Below, piece after piece: positions 14,837-36,169 of a stretch of DNA of 64,000 nucleotides. Numbering within the stretch: position 1 is the stretch's first letter; every line of letters begins with the position of its first letter. The stretch is from the NCBI RefSeq assembly GCF_009914755.1, contig NC_060943.1; one strand, written 5' to 3'. Origin of the DNA: the human T2T-CHM13v2.0 reference genome, Homo sapiens. The notes under the pieces are model-generated. The model was not told the origin of the DNA, made no database searches, and saw nothing but the letters and a program-made list of their open reading frames with translations. The position numbers and the translations under genes are program-made.

Positions 14837-17061
14837 TGAGAGTGAATACAACAGATGACATGGATGAGAGGTCCAAAGTCAAGAAGAAAGCCACTCTTTA
14901 AAGTGATTTAAGAAGCTGTGATCCAAAGGAAATAGTTTCTGGGAAGCCTAAATTTTTTTTTTAAATTATACTCTCACATAGGGGCATCTTCTGCTTATGC
15001 CTATAAAATCTAAGAATTCTACTTTCCCTTCAATGATCTTCCTCCAAGTTTACAGTGACAGCCGAAGTACTGTTCATGGCATACAAAAGAGTGTACAATC
15101 TGACTTCTTTTTTCTTGTTTTGTGGACAGACAGATCTGTCTCCATAATTTTGAGATACTGTATGTTAAACTGTTTTTTAAGTTCTCTTTTTGCATCATGT
15201 CTGAAATGTGTGAGAGTAGTAGTTTCTGTTATATTGGGTTTTTTCTTTTTGGTTTATTTTTCTGCACATTTCATCCTGTTTTCATTACTGTAGTCTTGAA
15301 ATATAGTTTGAAAGTACAAAGTAGGATGTCCTTCTGCTTTGTTCTTTTTCCTCAAGATTGCTTTGACTATTCAAAGTTTATTGTAGTTTCATGTCCATTT
15401 TAGGATTGGATTTTTCATTACTGTGAAGAAAAACACTGGAATTTTGATAAGGAGTTCTTTAAATCTACAGGTCACTTTGGATAATATGGCAGTTTCATAA
15501 TACTTATTCTTTCAATAGAAATAAAACATTTTAAAATTTATTAGTGTCCTCTCTAATTTTTTTCATTGATATATCTTTCACTTGAAAGATTTATGAGCTC
15601 CTTGTTTAAATTTGTTCTAAAATTGAGTATTTCATTGATATTGTACATAAGTTTTTTTTTCCTCTATTTTATCAGATAGTTTAAGTGTATGGAACCATAT
15701 CTTGTATATTAATTTTATATTTTGCTAATTAACTGAGTGTATTCATTAATTTAAACAGGTTTTAATGTACTCTCTCTATATACATATATATATGATTACA
15801 TGATCTACAAACAGCAACATTTTACTTATTGGTCTTCAATTTCAATGACTTTAAATTTTTCTTTTGACTATTTTGTCTTCCACATGCTTTCAGTGCTATG
15901 TTAAAATAGAAGCTAGTTTTGCATTAGTGTCTGTAAATTTGAAGGAGCAAACACCTCTTCAAGTTTCTATAAACTGGTTTCAGAAAGTAAAAATGTGTTT
16001 TTGTTGGGCCCCCAGAGTGATAGAATGTCCTCTGGGTTTGTAGTGAAGAGGGGTTGTAGCTTGGCCTTAAGGCTGCTGGGTTTGCACAAGGGTCCACCTT
16101 CAGTTGTCTTCTTAAAAGGAGCTTGGATAGTTGTAATTCTCATTTAATTTTTGGACAGATTGAATATCCTTCAGGACTTTGCTGTGCAGGGCAGACCCAA
16201 GGGCAGGTTTCTGCACTCAGGCCTGCATATGGTGAGTTTTATATCAGGATGTGGATGAGCATGGCTTTCACTGAGTACAGGAGAGGATTTTCCGAGGTAA
16301 CTTTGGGTTTCTACATAGGCAAAACCGGCCATGAACTATGGCTCAGGGAGCTGGAACTGAGTCATGGAACTGCTTCAGGGACCACAGTAAAGGTCAAGGT
16401 CTGCAGGCCTGCCAGCATGGCTCTAAATGGGTGTATTTCTCCAGGCCTCTGGAAAGGCAGGACCCCCCCAGACTGTGACTGGGAAGAGTTTGGGATGTTT
16501 ACAGAGTAAGTTTAAAATTCTCAGGGGAACCAAGTTAGGTGGAACAATTTCTTGTCTTTAGCCAAAAACAGTAGTTCTGTAGTTTGCCACCTGAATGAGG
16601 ACCTGCCTTCTGAAAAGGGTTACCTTCAGTCTTGGGCTTTAGCAGAGTTTCACAACTCCTTTCCTGGATCTCAGAGTTCTTTTAAAGGCATTTATTTTTG
16701 ATCTGGGGTATTGTAACATAACCCAGGCAGGTCTTAATATTTTGATCAAAAGCAATTCTCCAACTTTCATGTACCATGTAGCTGTCATTACAGGTGTGAA
16801 CCATGATGCCTGGTTCTCTCATAAAGGCATTTTTGTCAGCAATGGCTGACAAATTTTCTTGCTGACAGAGGATAAGCAAATAAGGCACCTTTAATTTTTT
16901 ATCTTATTAATGCCACTCTCCATATAAATTTTAACTGTTTTCTACTTCAAATTTGTCTGTAATTTTAGATTCAGACATTTAGGGCAATATAATAGAATAT
17001 ACATGTCGTGCCTGAATTAAATTAGATAATTAGTATGCAGGCAGGCAAAAAGGAATTATAG

Positions 17062-17333
<272 letters not shown>

Positions 17334-17875
17334 TTATTTTGTGTAAAATAACATGTATTTAAAACATAAAAATTGAGACTAGTTTCTTTTAAATGCTTAT
17401 CTATTAAAAGTTTCTCATTAGCATCTCCTAATTATGATTTTACTGCATTTACTCTGAAATTTTATTGCTACATAATAGATGCCATTAATTTAAAACACCT
17501 GCCTTCCTTGAATGCACAGTTACAGTCAAACATTGCAGTTATCTAGACAAATTGTTTGTTAATGTACATTAATGTTGCCAACTAGATTTTATGAGTAAAC
17601 ATTTCTTTCATTATTATCTTCCAGTTCTATATTAGTGTGTTTTTTAAGTGCAGGTTTCTTAATATCAGTTTATTGTGTCTATTGATTTCGTGCATTATAA
17701 TTTTAGACAATCGGCAATTCTGTTTGTATACTTTAAGTCAGTGTCTGGTTTAATTAAAAGATAAATGAGCCATATGTCTGTCATAGTCAGATTATCTATA
17801 TGTGTGTGTTTATGTCTACAAATATGACCCAAATTTGGTTATAGTTTACTTGTATATATTCTTTCTTAGCTAATT

Positions 17876-18216
17876 TTCTTTTTCTTTTTTCTTTTTTCTT
17901 TTCTTTTCTTTTTTTTTTTTTTGAGACAGAGTTTTGCTCTTGTTGCTGAGTCTGGAGTACAGTGCATGTGATCTCGGCTCACTGCAACTTCCTCCACCTC
18001 TCGGGTTTAAGTGATTCTCTAGCCTTAGCCTCCTGAGTAGCTGGGATTACAGGCATGTGCCACCATCCCAGGCTAATTTTGTATTTTTTTTTTTTTTAGT
18101 AGAGACGGGGTTTGCCATGTTGGTCAGGCAGGTCTCAAACTCCTGACCTTGGGTGATCTGCTTGCCTTGGTCTCCCAAAGTGCTGGGATTACAGGCATGA
18201 GCCACCGTACCCGGCC
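17876..18216 (-). mobile_element. AluS
   Basis: Alu dimer. Confidence 0.9.
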
Positions 18217-18463
18217 TCTTAACTCATTTTCAGTGTTGGTTTTATCTTGTCTAAGTGAGTAGCCTTGGAAATAGTCTTATTTTCACCATGTGTTTAATGA
18301 TAAATATGTATTTTCTTTGTGTGAGAAAAACACTTTTGTGATTTGAAGGTAATTTTTAAAAAGATGTATAATTCTGTATTTTTTCCAGTTTTTAAAAATT
18401 ATTGTTGTAAAAACACTTAGCATATAATTTACCTTCTTAAATCTATTTAAATGTACATGTCAG

Positions 18464-18766
18464 GGCCAGGCATGGTGGTGGCTCATATCTTTAAAACCAG
18501 GATTTTGAGAGGCCAGGACAGGAGGATTGCTTGAGCCCAAAAGTTTGATACAAGCCTGGGCAAAATATGGAGACACCCTCTCTACAAACATTTTTTTTCT
18601 AAGAAATAGCCAGGCATGGTGGTGTACACCTGTGGTCCCAGCTACTTGAGAGACTGAGGGGCAGGATTAGTTGAGCCTGGGATTGTGAGGCTGCAGTGAG
18701 CCATAATTGTGCCATTGCGTGCAAGCTTGGGTGACAGATTGAGACCCTGTTTCAAAAAAAAAAAAA
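18464..18766 (+). mobile_element. AluJ-like
   Basis: Diverged Alu dimer with ggattgcttgagcc. Confidence 0.85.
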
Positions 18767-19037
18767 GTGTATATTTCAGGCATGTTAACTATATTCACAT
18801 CGTTATGCAAAAGACTTCTAGAAATTTTACATCTTGTAAAACTAAAACTCAATATCCCTTAAATAACATTTACCTATTTTATGCTCTCTACAACCCTTGG
18901 CAAACACCCTTCCACCTTCTGTTTTTATGAGTGTAATTACTTTAAATATTTATATAAGTAAAATCATAACATCCATCATTTCATTACTGGTTTATTTCAG
19001 TGGACATAATATTCTCAAAGTGTATCTTTAAAAGTGA

Positions 19038-19052
19038 CAAGATTTTTTTTTT
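19038..19052. repeat. TSD of compound L1, left copy (right copy 26032-26046)
   Basis: CAAGA(T)10 at both ends; TTTT/AAAA endonuclease-type site at 26043-26050; flanks rejoin as one old L1M sequence. Confidence 0.85.
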
Positions 19053-19053
19053 T

Positions 19054-19128
19054 CACTGTTAAATATTCTTCTTTATTTTCCATTTCAGTAAAACAATAGC
19101 TTAAGATGCAGGGTGAATCTATATTTCC
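19054..19128 (-). other. Putative L1 3' transduction (75 bp)
   Basis: Non-L1 sequence between the L1 tail and the TSD; AATAAA (- strand, 19072-77) 18 nt before the terminal A-run. Confidence 0.75.
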
Positions 19129-23890
<4,762 letters not shown>

Positions 23891-25132
23891 GTTAATATTG
23901 TTATGTGTGAATTTGATCCTGTCGTTAGGATGCTGGCTGGTTATTTTGCTCGTTAGTTGATGCAGTGTCTTTCTAGCCTCGACGGTTTCTACAATTTGGC
24001 ATGATTTTGCAGTGGCTGGTACCGGTTGTTCCTTTCTGTGTTTAGTACTTCCTTCAGGAGCTCTTTTAGGGCAGGCCTGGTGGTGACAAAGTCTCTCAGC
24101 ATTTGCTTGTCTGTAAAGTATTTTATTTCTCCTTCACTTATGAAGCTTAGTTTGGCTGGATATGAAATTCTGTGTTGAAAATTCTTTTCTTTAAGAATGT
24201 TGAATATTGGCCCCCACTCTCTTCTGGCTTGTAGAGTTTCTGCCGAGAGGTCCACTCTTAGTCCGATGGGCTTCCCTTTGTGGGTAGTCCGACCTTTCTC
24301 TCTGGCTGCCCTTAACATTTTTTCCTTCGTTTCAACTTTGGTCAATATGACAATTATGTGTCTTGGAGTTGCTCTTCTCGAGAAGTATCTTTGTGGCGTT
24401 CTCTGTATTTCCTGAATCTGAATGTTGGCCTGCCTTGCTAGATTAGGGAAGTTCTCCTGGATAATATCCTGCAGAGTGTTTTCCAACTTGGTTCCATTCT
24501 CTCCGTCACTTTCAGGTACACCAATCAGATGTGGATTTGGTCTTTTCACATAGTCCCATATTTCTTGGAGGCTTTTTTCAATTCTTTTTATTCTTTTTTC
24601 TCTAAACTTCCCTTCTCGCTTCATTTCATTCATTTCATCTTCTGTCACTGATACCCTTTCTTCCAGGTGATTGCATCAGCTCCTGAGGCTTCTGCATTCT
24701 TCATGTAGTTCTCAAGCCTTGGCTTTCAGCTCCATCAGCTCCTTTAAGCACTTCTCTATATTGGTTATTCTAGGTATACATTTGTCTAAATTTTTTTCAA
24801 AGTTTTTAACTTCTTTGCCTTTGGTTTGAATTTCCTCCTGTAGCTGGGAGTAGTTTGATCATCTGAAGGCTTCTTCTCTCAACTCGTCAAAGTCATTCTC
24901 CACCCAGCTTTGTTCCATTGATGGTGAGGAACTGCGTTCCTTTGGAGGAAGAGAGGTGCTCTGCTTTTTAGAGTTTCCAGTTTTTCTGCTGTTTTTTCCC
25001 CATCTTTGTGGTTTTATCTACTTTTGGTCTTTGACGATGGTGATGTACAGATGGGTTTTTGGTGTGGATGTCCTTTCTGTTTGTTAGTTTTCCTTCTAAC
25101 AGACAGGACCCTCAGCTGCAGGTCTGTTGGAG

Positions 25133-25260
25133 TTTGCTAGATGTCCACTCCAGACCCTATTTGCTTGGGTGTCAGCAGCAGTGGCTGCAGAACAGCTGAT
25201 TTTCGTGAACCGCGAATACTGCTGTCTGATCATTCTTCTGGAAGTTTTGTCTCAGAGGAG
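25133..25260 (-). promoter_or_regulatory. ~129-bp L1 5'UTR segment containing the ZNF93 target (second copy 60987-61114)
   Basis: Sequence between gtctgttggag and taccc is present here; it is absent from L1PA2/L1HS. Confidence 0.7.
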
Positions 25261-25583
25261 TACCCAGCCATGTGAGGTGTCAGTCTGCCCCTAGTGGGGG
25301 GTGCCTCCCAGTTAGGCTGCTCATGGTTCAGGGGTCCGGGACCCACTTGAGGAGTCTGTCTGCCTGTTCTCAGATCTCCAGCTGTGTGTTGGGAGAACCA
25401 CTGCTCTCTTCAAAGCTGTCAGACAGGGATATTTAAGTCTGCAGAGGTTACTGCTGTCTTGTTTGTCTGTGCCCTGCCCCCAGAGGTGGAGCCTACAGAG
25501 GCAGGCAGGCCTCCTTGAGCTGTGGTGGGCTCCACCCAGTTTGAGCTTCCCGGCTGCTTTGTTTACCTAAGGAAGCCTGGGCA

Positions 25584-25838
25584 ATGGCGGGTGCCCCTCC
25601 CCCAGCCTCGCTGCTGCCTTGCAGTTTGATCTCAGACTGCTGTGCTAGCAATCAGCGAGACTCTGTGGGCGTAGGACCCTCCGAGCCAGGTGCAGGATAT
25701 AATCTGCTGTTGTGCGGTTATTTAAGCCCGTCGGAAAAGCGCAGTATTAGGGTGGGAGTGACCCGACTTTCCAGATGCCGTCTGTCACCCCTTTCTTTGA
25801 CTAGGAAAGGGAACTCCCTGACCCCTTGCACTTCCTGA
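25584..25838 (+). CDS. L1 ORF0 (antisense-promoter ORF), open, 84 aa
   Basis: MAGAPPPASLLPCSLISDCCASNQRDSVGVGPSEPG..., the primate L1 ORF0 N-terminus; expression unproven. Confidence 0.6.
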   Translation: MAGAPPPASLLPCSLISDCCASNQRDSVGVGPSEPGAGYNLLLCGYLSPSEKRSIRVGVTRLSRCRLSPLSLTRKGNSLTPCTS

Positions 25839-26015
25839 GTGAGGTAATGCCTAGCCCTGCTTCGGCTCTTCCACGCTTTGCTGCCCCCACTGTCCTGCGC
25901 CCACTGTCTGTCACTCCCTAGTGAGATGAACCCGGTACCTCGGATGGAAATGCAGAAATCACCCGTCTTCTGCATCACTCACGCTGGGAGCTGTAGACCG
26001 GAGCTGTTCGTATTT

Positions 26016-26025
26016 GGCCATCTTG
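26016..26025 (-). promoter_or_regulatory. Intact YY1 site at L1 5' end
   Basis: CAAGATGGCC on the - strand. Confidence 0.75.
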
Positions 26026-26228
26026 GCTGCTCAAGATTTTTTTTTTAAAACTGAATCATATTCCATTCTATCATACATGTCTTCAAGGTCTTTTGTTGCA
26101 TATTTTATATATAGATTCATAAATGTAATTGCTGTATTTGATAATTTTATTTTTAGTTATTTGAAGTACATTTATAACATAATAAAATAGTATGTGCATC
26201 CTTGTTTTCCACCAACGATGCACATGGG

Positions 26229-26540
26229 TTTCTTTTTTTTCTTTTCTTTTTTTTTTTTTGAAATGGAGTCTCCCTTTGTCACCCAGGCTGGAGCTCAGTG
26301 GCACAATCTTGACTCACTGCAACCTCCGCCTCCCGGGTTTCAAGCGATTCTCCTGTCTCAGCCTCCTTAGTAACTGGGATTACAGGCACGTGCCACCACA
26401 TCTGGCTAATTTTTGTATTTTTAGTACAGATGGGGTTTCACCATGTTGATCAGGCTGGTCTTGAACTCCTGACCTCAAAATCCGCCCGCATCAGCCTCCC
26501 AAAGTGCTGGGATTACAGGCGTGAGCCACCTCACTTGGCC
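26229..26540 (-). mobile_element. AluS
   Basis: Alu dimer. Confidence 0.9.
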
Positions 26541-27018
26541 AAGGGTTTTACTGCATCATCAACAGATTAGGTGTTTTTAAAAAATTGATAGTGGTCATTT
26601 AAATGGATGTGATGGATTTTCTTTTTCGTTGTGATTTTTATGCATTTCTCTATAAATTAGAAATTTTTTGTGTCCTTTCAAATTTTTTGTTTGTGTTTTT
26701 CGATGAAAATGTATTTCAATTATTTTCCTATTTGTAAATAAATTCATTCAAATTTATTTAGTTTTAAAAGTCGTTTCTATTTTTTGAATATTGACTCCTA
26801 TCACATGTGATTTGTAAATATTTTCACCCATTTTCTAGGAGGCCTTATCCCTCTATTAAATGTTTACTTACATATGCAGAAATTTGGAAGTGTAGTATAG
26901 TTAAATTTTTGCTTTTTTCCTTGTTGCTTATGCATTTAATGTTGTAGCTAAGAAAATGGCGCCAAGATTATTGTCATGTGTTTCCCCTATATATTTTTAA
27001 ATGATGAAGAAGTTATCT

Positions 27019-27314
27019 GGCCTGGAATGGCACCTCACACCTATAATCCTAGCACTTTGGGGGGCTGAGTGGGGTGGATCATGAGGTCAGAAGTTTGAGA
27101 CCAGCCTGACCAATATGGTGAAACCTCATTTCTACTAAAAATACAAAAAATTAGCCAGGCGTGGTGGTGGGTGCGTGTAAACCCAGGCTACTCGGGAGGC
27201 TGAGGAAGGAGAATAACTTAAATCCAGGAGACAGAGATTGGAGTGATTGGAGAGCATGCCACCACATTCCATCCTGGGCAACAGAATGAGACTCTGACTT
27301 CAAAAACAAAAAAA
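27019..27314 (+). mobile_element. AluS
   Basis: Alu dimer. Confidence 0.88.
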
Positions 27315-27383
27315 GTTATCTTCTTATGTCTAATTAAAAGATTTTTCCACATATGGTTTAAGGAAATAAACTTTATTATTGTA

Positions 27384-27956
<573 letters not shown>

Positions 27957-28173
27957 TTTCTTTTTATTAAGTAGTTTAATTAATTTATATTTAAAATTAT
28001 TTCTTAAAATGAAATTACTAGTTTTATTGCTATTGTTTTATGTGTTTGAGTGGTATGTTTTTTCTTATTTACTGTTTTATTGCCTTATTTTAATTGTGTA
28101 GTGACATGCTTCAATTATTTTTTAAATTTTGTTTTGCATACTTTCTATAAATATTATCTTCATAATCCTCTTG

Positions 28174-28512
28174 TATATTAGTCTGTTTTCATGCTGCTGA
28201 TAAAGACATACCTGAGACTGGGCAATTTACAAAAGAAAGAGGTTTATTGGTCACAGTTTCATGTGACTGAGGAGTCATCACAATCATGGTGGAAAGTGAA
28301 AGGCATGTCTCACATGGTGGCAGACAAAAGAAAGAGCTTGCGCAGGAAAACTGCCTTATAAAGCCTTCTGCTTTCATGAGACTTATTCTCTATCATGAGA
28401 ACAGCACAGAAAACATCTGCCCCCATGATTCAATTACCTCCTACTGCATCCCTCCCACAACATATGGGAATTAAAGATGAGACTTGGGTTGGGACATGGC
28501 CAAACCACATCA
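28174..28512 (-). mobile_element. THE1 (MaLR) solo LTR
   Basis: tattagtctgttttcatgctgctgataaagacatacctgagactggg...ccaaaccacatca; flanks TCTTG/TCTTA. Confidence 0.88.
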
Positions 28513-28840
28513 TCTTAAAAATGGAATTTACATAAAACATCTAAAACTTAAAAATATATTTTAATCTCATGACAACTTCAGTTGAATATAAAAATTATAC
28601 CTCTGTATTTTTCAGTTTATTAATATAAAAATTATTTTGTGTATTAACATTTATGCAGATTTTTATTGTTTTAAATATTCTACAGAAGAGCTTTAAGGGT
28701 TTTATGCATCATCATTATGATAGTAAAGATTTCTACATTTGTATATTTACATTCAATAGAGAGCTTTATTTTTATATATGGTTTTATGATGCTGTCCAGT
28801 ATTATTTTATTTTTAAATAAAATTGACTCATTTTAGCATT

Positions 28841-29226
28841 TCTTTGTTGTTGTTGTTGTTGTTGTTGTTGAGATGGAGTCTTGCTCTGTCACCCAGGCTG
28901 GAGTGCAGCGGGACAATCTCAGCTCCCTGCAAGCTCTGCCTCCCGGGTTCACGCCATTTTCCTGCCTCAGCCTCCTGAGTACCTGGAACTATACGCGGCT
29001 GCCACCATGCCTGGCTAATTTTGTTTTTTTTGTGTATTTTTAATAGAGACGGGGTTTCTCCATGTTAACCAGGATGGTCTCAATCTCCTGACCTCCCGTT
29101 TCTTTTTTTTATATGCAAACTCTCGCTGTATTATTCAGGCTGATCTGAATCTCCTGGTCTTTAGTGTTGTGACAGCTTTGGCCTCTTAAAACTGCAGGAT
29201 TACAGGCATGAGCCACAGTGCCTGGC
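28841..29226 (-). mobile_element. 5'-truncated AluY-like with (TTG)n tail, plus adjacent Alu monomer
   Basis: gcaagctctgcctcccgggttcacgccatt; monomer at ~29100-29226. Confidence 0.8.
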
Positions 29227-29744
29227 CATCATGTAGCATTTTTTTGTAGAACTGTGCTAGTGGTGATGAACTCCCTCAACTTTTATTTTGGAGATTTTTA
29301 GTTTTCATCCTATTTTTAAAGGGAAATAAATTTAAATCAAATATTCTTGGTTACAATTTTTGTTTGTTTGTTTTACTACATCAAAATTTGGGAAATTCTC
29401 ACCTTTTATCTTCAAGTAACCACTGTATTGTTTTTTTTTCCCCATATTCTTCTTCTAAGATTACCTTAATGAATATATTGATCTACTTGATGGTGTCTAA
29501 TAAGTTTTACATTCCATGTTTTAATTTTGTTTTGCAATTTTATATTTTTGTGTTATATATTCTAGCATATGCCACCATACATCTGATATTTGTGTTTTGA
29601 TTTTTTAGTATATATCATAATTGTGCATGACAATATTTAACTTTGTACAATTTAAGACCCTGTGGAGCAAAATCAAATATGAATCAGCCATATGTCTTTT
29701 TCCAGTAGAATTATATCTGTTTGTTTGCCTGTATAAATGTTATC

Positions 29745-30043
<299 letters not shown>

Positions 30044-30405
30044 ACCCTTGGTTTTTTTTTGTTTGTTTTTTGTATATTTGTTGTATAGGTTTGTTGTGAA
30101 TGGTTTTCTAATCCTTTGTAGATGAGTAGTTATAAAATTCTTGTAATTTCAACATCCTATTTATGAATCTATATGATTTTTGTGTGGGAGAAACACTTTT
30201 GGATTTGAATATAATTTAAAACTCCCATAACTCTGTATCTCTTTTGGGTATTATTATTTTTACTTGTCAAAAAAATAACAAATTTACCACAAAATATTTT
30301 TAAATATTCAGTTAAGTCACACTAATTATCTTGACATTGTCATGCAACATATTGCTAGAATGTTTTTATCTTGCAAAGCTAAATCTTAATACATACTGAC
30401 TACCA

Positions 30406-30712
30406 CTTTTTTCTTGTTTTTTTTCTTTTTTGAGGTGGAGTCTTGCTCTGTCACCCAGGCTGAAGTGCAGTGGCACCATCTCAGCTCAGTGCAACCTCCA
30501 CCTCCTAGGTTCAATTGATTCTCATGCCTCAGCCTCCTTAGTAGCTCAGATTACAGGTGACCGCCATCATGCCTGGCTAATTTTTGTATTTTTATTAGAG
30601 ATGGGGTTTCACCATCTTGGCCAGGCTGGTTTTAAACTCCTGACCTTAGGTGATCCACCCGCTTGGGTCTCTCAAAGTGCTCAGATTACAGGTGTGAACC
30701 ACCATGCCTGGC
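30406..30712 (-). mobile_element. AluS
   Basis: Alu dimer. Confidence 0.9.
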
Positions 30713-32948
30713 CCCAATTTTTTCTGTTTTATGGCACTTTGCAAACGCCAGTCTGTTCTTTGTTTCTAAGAGTGTAACTCCTTCATATATTTCATACAAT
30801 CTGTCGTTTTGTGGCTGGCTCATTTCATTTTACATAATGCCATCAACATTTATCTTTATAGTTCGTACAATATTTCCTGCTTTTTGAAGACTGAGTGATA
30901 TTTCAGAATTTTTATATTTCAAATTATATCTACTGAATGATTTGGTGAAAGAAATCTGCCTTGCTTTTACCTATTGGCTTACAGTAACAATGCTGCAATA
31001 ATTATCACTATGTAAATGACTCCTTATATGACCATGTATGTGAAAGTTTATATATGTGCTGCATTCTATTTTATTAGTCTACTTTTTCACCTTTATACTC
31101 ATACCAAATTGTTTTAATTCTGTAGCTTTGTAGTGTGATTTAATCAAGAACTTTAATGCCTCCAGCATTGTTCCTTTTATTTTTTGAAGATTGTTGGGTA
31201 CTTTATTGTCTCTTGAGATTCTATATACTTTTGGGGTTGCTGTTCCTGTTTCTTCAAAAATGCAGTGAGAAATTTGAAAAACATTCATTAAGTCTGTCTG
31301 TTGCATTGAGCTGGATGGACCTTTTCAGAATATTAATTATTTCAACCTTTGTTTAAAAGCACACTCAAGGGTGTGTTGTTTAATTTCTATGTATTTGTAA
31401 ATTTTTCAGTTTTTCTGTCTTATTGTTTTATACTCGTACTCCATTTTACTCATAGAAAGTAGTTCATAGAAGTTTACTTTTAAAAAGTTTGGTAAGACTT
31501 CCTTTTTGGCTTAAGATGTGGTTTATCAAGTAAAATGTATGAGCTATTGAGAAAGAGGTGTATTCTGATGTTGTCGAGGAGTGTTCTCCATAACTCTGTT
31601 TGGAATAATTGTTTTATACTGCCTTTAAGTAGTCTGTTCCCTTATTAACATTCTTTCTTGTTTTATTTTTATTACAGAAAGTGTGGTATTAAAATATCTT
31701 GCTATAATTGTATTGCTTTGTATGTGTTTCTTCCATTCTGTCAATATTTGCTTTATATATTTGGAACCCTAATGTGAGACACACACACACACACCTGCGT
31801 GCGTGCACAAACACATACACACACACACACAAATATACACAAATTTTTCATAGGTTCCCAGTGAATGAATCTATTATTTTTTGATGTCCTTTGTTTCTTT
31901 GGAGTTTAAATTTAAAGTACATTTTATAAAATATTATAATTTTTGACTTAAGATGTAGCTTGTGTAAGATTATTTTGACTGTTTCTGCTCTCATTTGATT
32001 AATATTTGCATGGAATGTCTACTTTCTTCCTGCCTCTTCCAGTCTTTTTTTATCATTAGATTTCAACTGACTCTTGTAGAAAGGCAAGATGAATCTCAGT
32101 TTTTAAAATATTTTAATAAAACTATTTATTGAAAATATGTCTCAATTTAAAAGTTAATTTTATATATATTGAAATAATTTTCTGAAATAGAAAGACTTAC
32201 TGTTATTTTATTAAGTATTTTATTTGATTCTTGCATCTTTGTCTTTTATTCTCTTTCCATCTTTCTTTGTGTCTTTTTGATATTTGTATTGATAGGCTTT
32301 GACTTATTTTGTTTTGTGTATTTATACAAATATTTTTGTGGTACATTGGGGATTACATATAACCTCTAAAAGATACAACAACATATTTTAATCTGGTAAA
32401 TAAACTTAAGTTGCGTACAAAAATTTGTTCTTATTATACCTTCCCTCAAATTTGTCATTGATGTTGTTAATTATATCTTTTTATATTGTATATTCATTAA
32501 TGAATATTTAAAATGTTTTCTATGCTTTTATCCTTCAAATTTCAGAGAATAATTAAAAATGTTTTCTGCACCACTAGGGTAATGCTAAGAAATTTGACTT
32601 TTGTGTATTTGCATATTTTTCCCAGAAAATCATGTATTTTTATATGATTCTGTGTTTTTATTGGAATCATGTTATTTTCAGTAGAAGGAACTCTTTTCAG
32701 CACCTTTTATATGTAGGGCATATGCATTTCCAATATACTTTTTTAGAATTTGGTTACTTTGGAAGGTTTTTACTTTTTTTATTTGGCAGGACAGATTTGC
32801 TGATGGTATTATTCTCAATTAATTAAACCTTTTTTTTTTCCACAATTTTTGTCATGACTACATCACACAGTTCCCTTATGGCCTGCAAAATTTTTGTTAA
32901 CAGTTCACTGACTATCTCATAAGATTATGTTTGTAAATGGCACATCAC

Positions 32949-33271
32949 TTTTTTTCTTTTTCTTTTTTTTTTTTGGAAACAAGAGTCTCACTGTATCCTC
33001 CAGCCAGGCTTGAGTGTAGTGGTGTGACCTGAGCTCACTGCAAGCTCCACTTCCTGGGTTCAAGTGGTTCCCCTTCCTGGGTTCAGCCTCAGCCTCCTGA
33101 GTAGCTGGGATTACAGGCATGCACCACCATGCCTGGCTAATTTTTATAGTTTTAGTAGAGACGGGGTTTTGCCATGTTGGTCAGGTTGGTCTTGAACTCC
33201 TGACCTCAGGTGATCGGCCCACCTTGGCCTCCCAAAGTGCCTGGATTACAGGTGTGAGCCACTGTGCCTGA
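32949..33271 (-). mobile_element. AluS
   Basis: Alu dimer; TSD tggcacatca. Confidence 0.9.
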
Positions 33272-34315
33272 CCTGGCACATCAGTTTTATCTGGCAGCTT
33301 CAAAGGTAATCTTTTTGTCTGTGACTTTTGAAATTGTGCTTATGTATGTGTTTGTTATAAATATCTTTTTGTTATTCTAGTTTGTTTGTTGAGCTTTTTT
33401 ATTTTTACATCTTTTTTTTTTTTTTTACTTTTAGGATCTGTCAGTTTTTTTGTGTATATTTTATCTCCACAATTTGTTTTTTGATATCTTAACTATTTTT
33501 TATTCTTGTCCTCATTTTTCTGATTTTCCATAGTTGTTTCTGTTCCCATTTTAATCAGTATTATTCAGTTTATTACCAATTATTAAAATTAATGTATACA
33601 TCTTTTTTATGATTTCTTTCAGAAAATTTTGTGATATTTTTGGTGGGATTGTATTGCCCTATTTTGTATATATTATAATCCTTGATTAAGATTTAGACAT
33701 TAAAAAAAGCTACTTGTCAAAATCTTATAATGTAGCTTTGTCATGGCATATTCTGAAAACAATTGTCTTTGCTGGTGATTATGAGAGTTTCTTAAACATA
33801 TTCTTAGGATATGTGTTGTCTGAAATTTTATTTTTATTATTTAATTAGGAGAGATTACTCGTTAATTTGTAGCGTCATCACTTGCTACACCTTTTCCATT
33901 TCTGTGGTACTGCAGTCTCTCTGCTGCTGTAACATTTTTCTTTGGTCTCAGCAGACTCAAACTCTCATTCCAAAATATACCACCATTTCTTTCAGTACTT
34001 TATGTCATGAGAGACAGAAACCAGTGTCAGGAAAAAACCCTAAAAGCCAGAAATGGCAATGATTGTGCCGGTATTTTACCTTTCTTTTAAAACAGAAACC
34101 AAGAGTTGGCAATTTACTTGTAAAGACACTATGGTATAGTGGGAAACAGGAAAAGATGTATTGAGTAAATTTAACAGACTTTTCTTTTTCTTCTTTGTGT
34201 TTTTTTGCATTGTGCTCACCTGGGACACTGCACACACTTAAATCATTTATGAATTTTCCACAGATGTATTTTGGTCTGAATGTTTTTGTTACATTTATGT
34301 CTATGAAAGAATTAG

Positions 34316-36169
<1,854 letters not shown>

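Noticed and set aside
16123-16509. 128-aa ORF in a GC-richer intronic stretch
   Set aside because: Non-ATG start, no recognisable domain; probably decayed repeat sequence
24855-24866. ORF1 TGA shared by both L1s as evidence of common ancestry
   Set aside because: CGA>TGA at a CpG recurs independently, so it is uninformative
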